Notes under the pieces: generated by a model
The model's database searches: none
What the model saw: the letters and a program-made list of their open reading frames with translations, nothing else
What the model was told of the DNA's origin: nothing
Position numbers and translations under genes: made by a program
Shown here: positions 63,345 to 64,000 of the stretch, one piece after another
How the letters are laid out: every line of letters begins with the position of its first letter
Numbering within the stretch: position 1 is the first letter of the stretch
NCBI GenBank assembly: GCA_951406725.2
Contig: OX597818.1
Span: forward strand, 46,438,001-46,502,000
Length of the DNA stretch: 64,000 nt
Direction of reading: 5' to 3'
Origin: Octopus vulgaris
Lineage: Eukaryota

Positions 63345-64000
63345 TACCTATTTCTTTACTACCCACAAGGGACTAGACACAGAGGGGACAAACAAGGACA
63401 GACAAGCGGATTAAGTCGATTACATCGACCTCGGTGCGTAACTGGTACTTATTTAATCGACCCCGAAAGGATGAAAGGCAAAGTCGACCTCGGCGGAATT
63501 TGAACTCAGAACGTAACGGCAGACGAAATACCTATTTCTTTATTACCCACAAGGGGATAAACATAGAGTAGACAAACAAGGATGTCCATAGGTATTAAGT
63601 CAATTACATCGACCCCAGTGCGTAACTGGTACTTAATTTATCGACCCCGAAAGGATGAAGGGCAAAGTCGACCTCGGCGGAATTTGAACTCAGAACGTAA
63701 CATCAGACGAAATACCTATTTCTTTATTACCCACAAGGGGCTAAACATAGAGTGGACAAACAAGGAGAGACATAGGTATTAAGTCGATTACATTGACCCC
63801 AGTGTGTAACTGGTACTTAATTAATCGACCCCGAAAGGATGAAAGGCAAAGTCGACCAATGCGGAATTTGAACTCAGAACGTAGCGGCAGACGGAATACC
63901 TATTTCTTTACTGCCCACAAGGGGCTACACACAGAGGGGACGAACAAGGGCAGACAAACGGATTAAGTCGATTATATCGACCCCAGTGCGTAACTGGTAC
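63345..64000 (-). repeat. SINE-A-derived 184-bp tandem array (at least 3.5 units, runs off window)
   Basis: cctatttcttt at 63347, 63531, 63715, 63899. Confidence 0.95.

Noticed and set aside
63345-64000. CRISPR-like regular repeat
   Set aside because: Whole 184-bp units repeat with no unique spacers; SINE-derived; eukaryotic context, no cas genes.

Overview
AT-rich, microsatellite- and transposon-dense animal genomic DNA. The SINE families and R4/Dong LINEs suggest an octopod cephalopod (inference from recalled repeat sequences, not checked). Genes: (i) the last five coding exons of a GDPD5/GDE2-like membrane glycerophosphodiester phosphodiesterase (+, 5-10621), reconstructed with consistent GT-AG sites and phases; (ii) a two-coding-exon gene on the minus strand (34558-34492 joined to 32515-32292) encoding a 96-aa protein I cannot assign to a family. 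The rest is repeats: tRNA-derived SINEs (two as 184-bp tandem arrays), clusters of (TAA)n-associated R4/Dong RLE-LINEs, RTE/Tx1/CR1-type fragments, piggyBac, hAT and Tc1/mariner relics and MITEs. The strongest unusual signal is a minimal type-I hammerhead ribozyme (14397-14348, minus) inside a Penelope-like inverted repeat, whose core carries a compensatory G3:C8 swap of the normally conserved C3:G8 pair. Two further decayed hammerheads, two exact inverted templated insertions and a 5'-inverted RTE insertion are also present. All family assignments are by eye; boundaries of decayed repeats are approximate.
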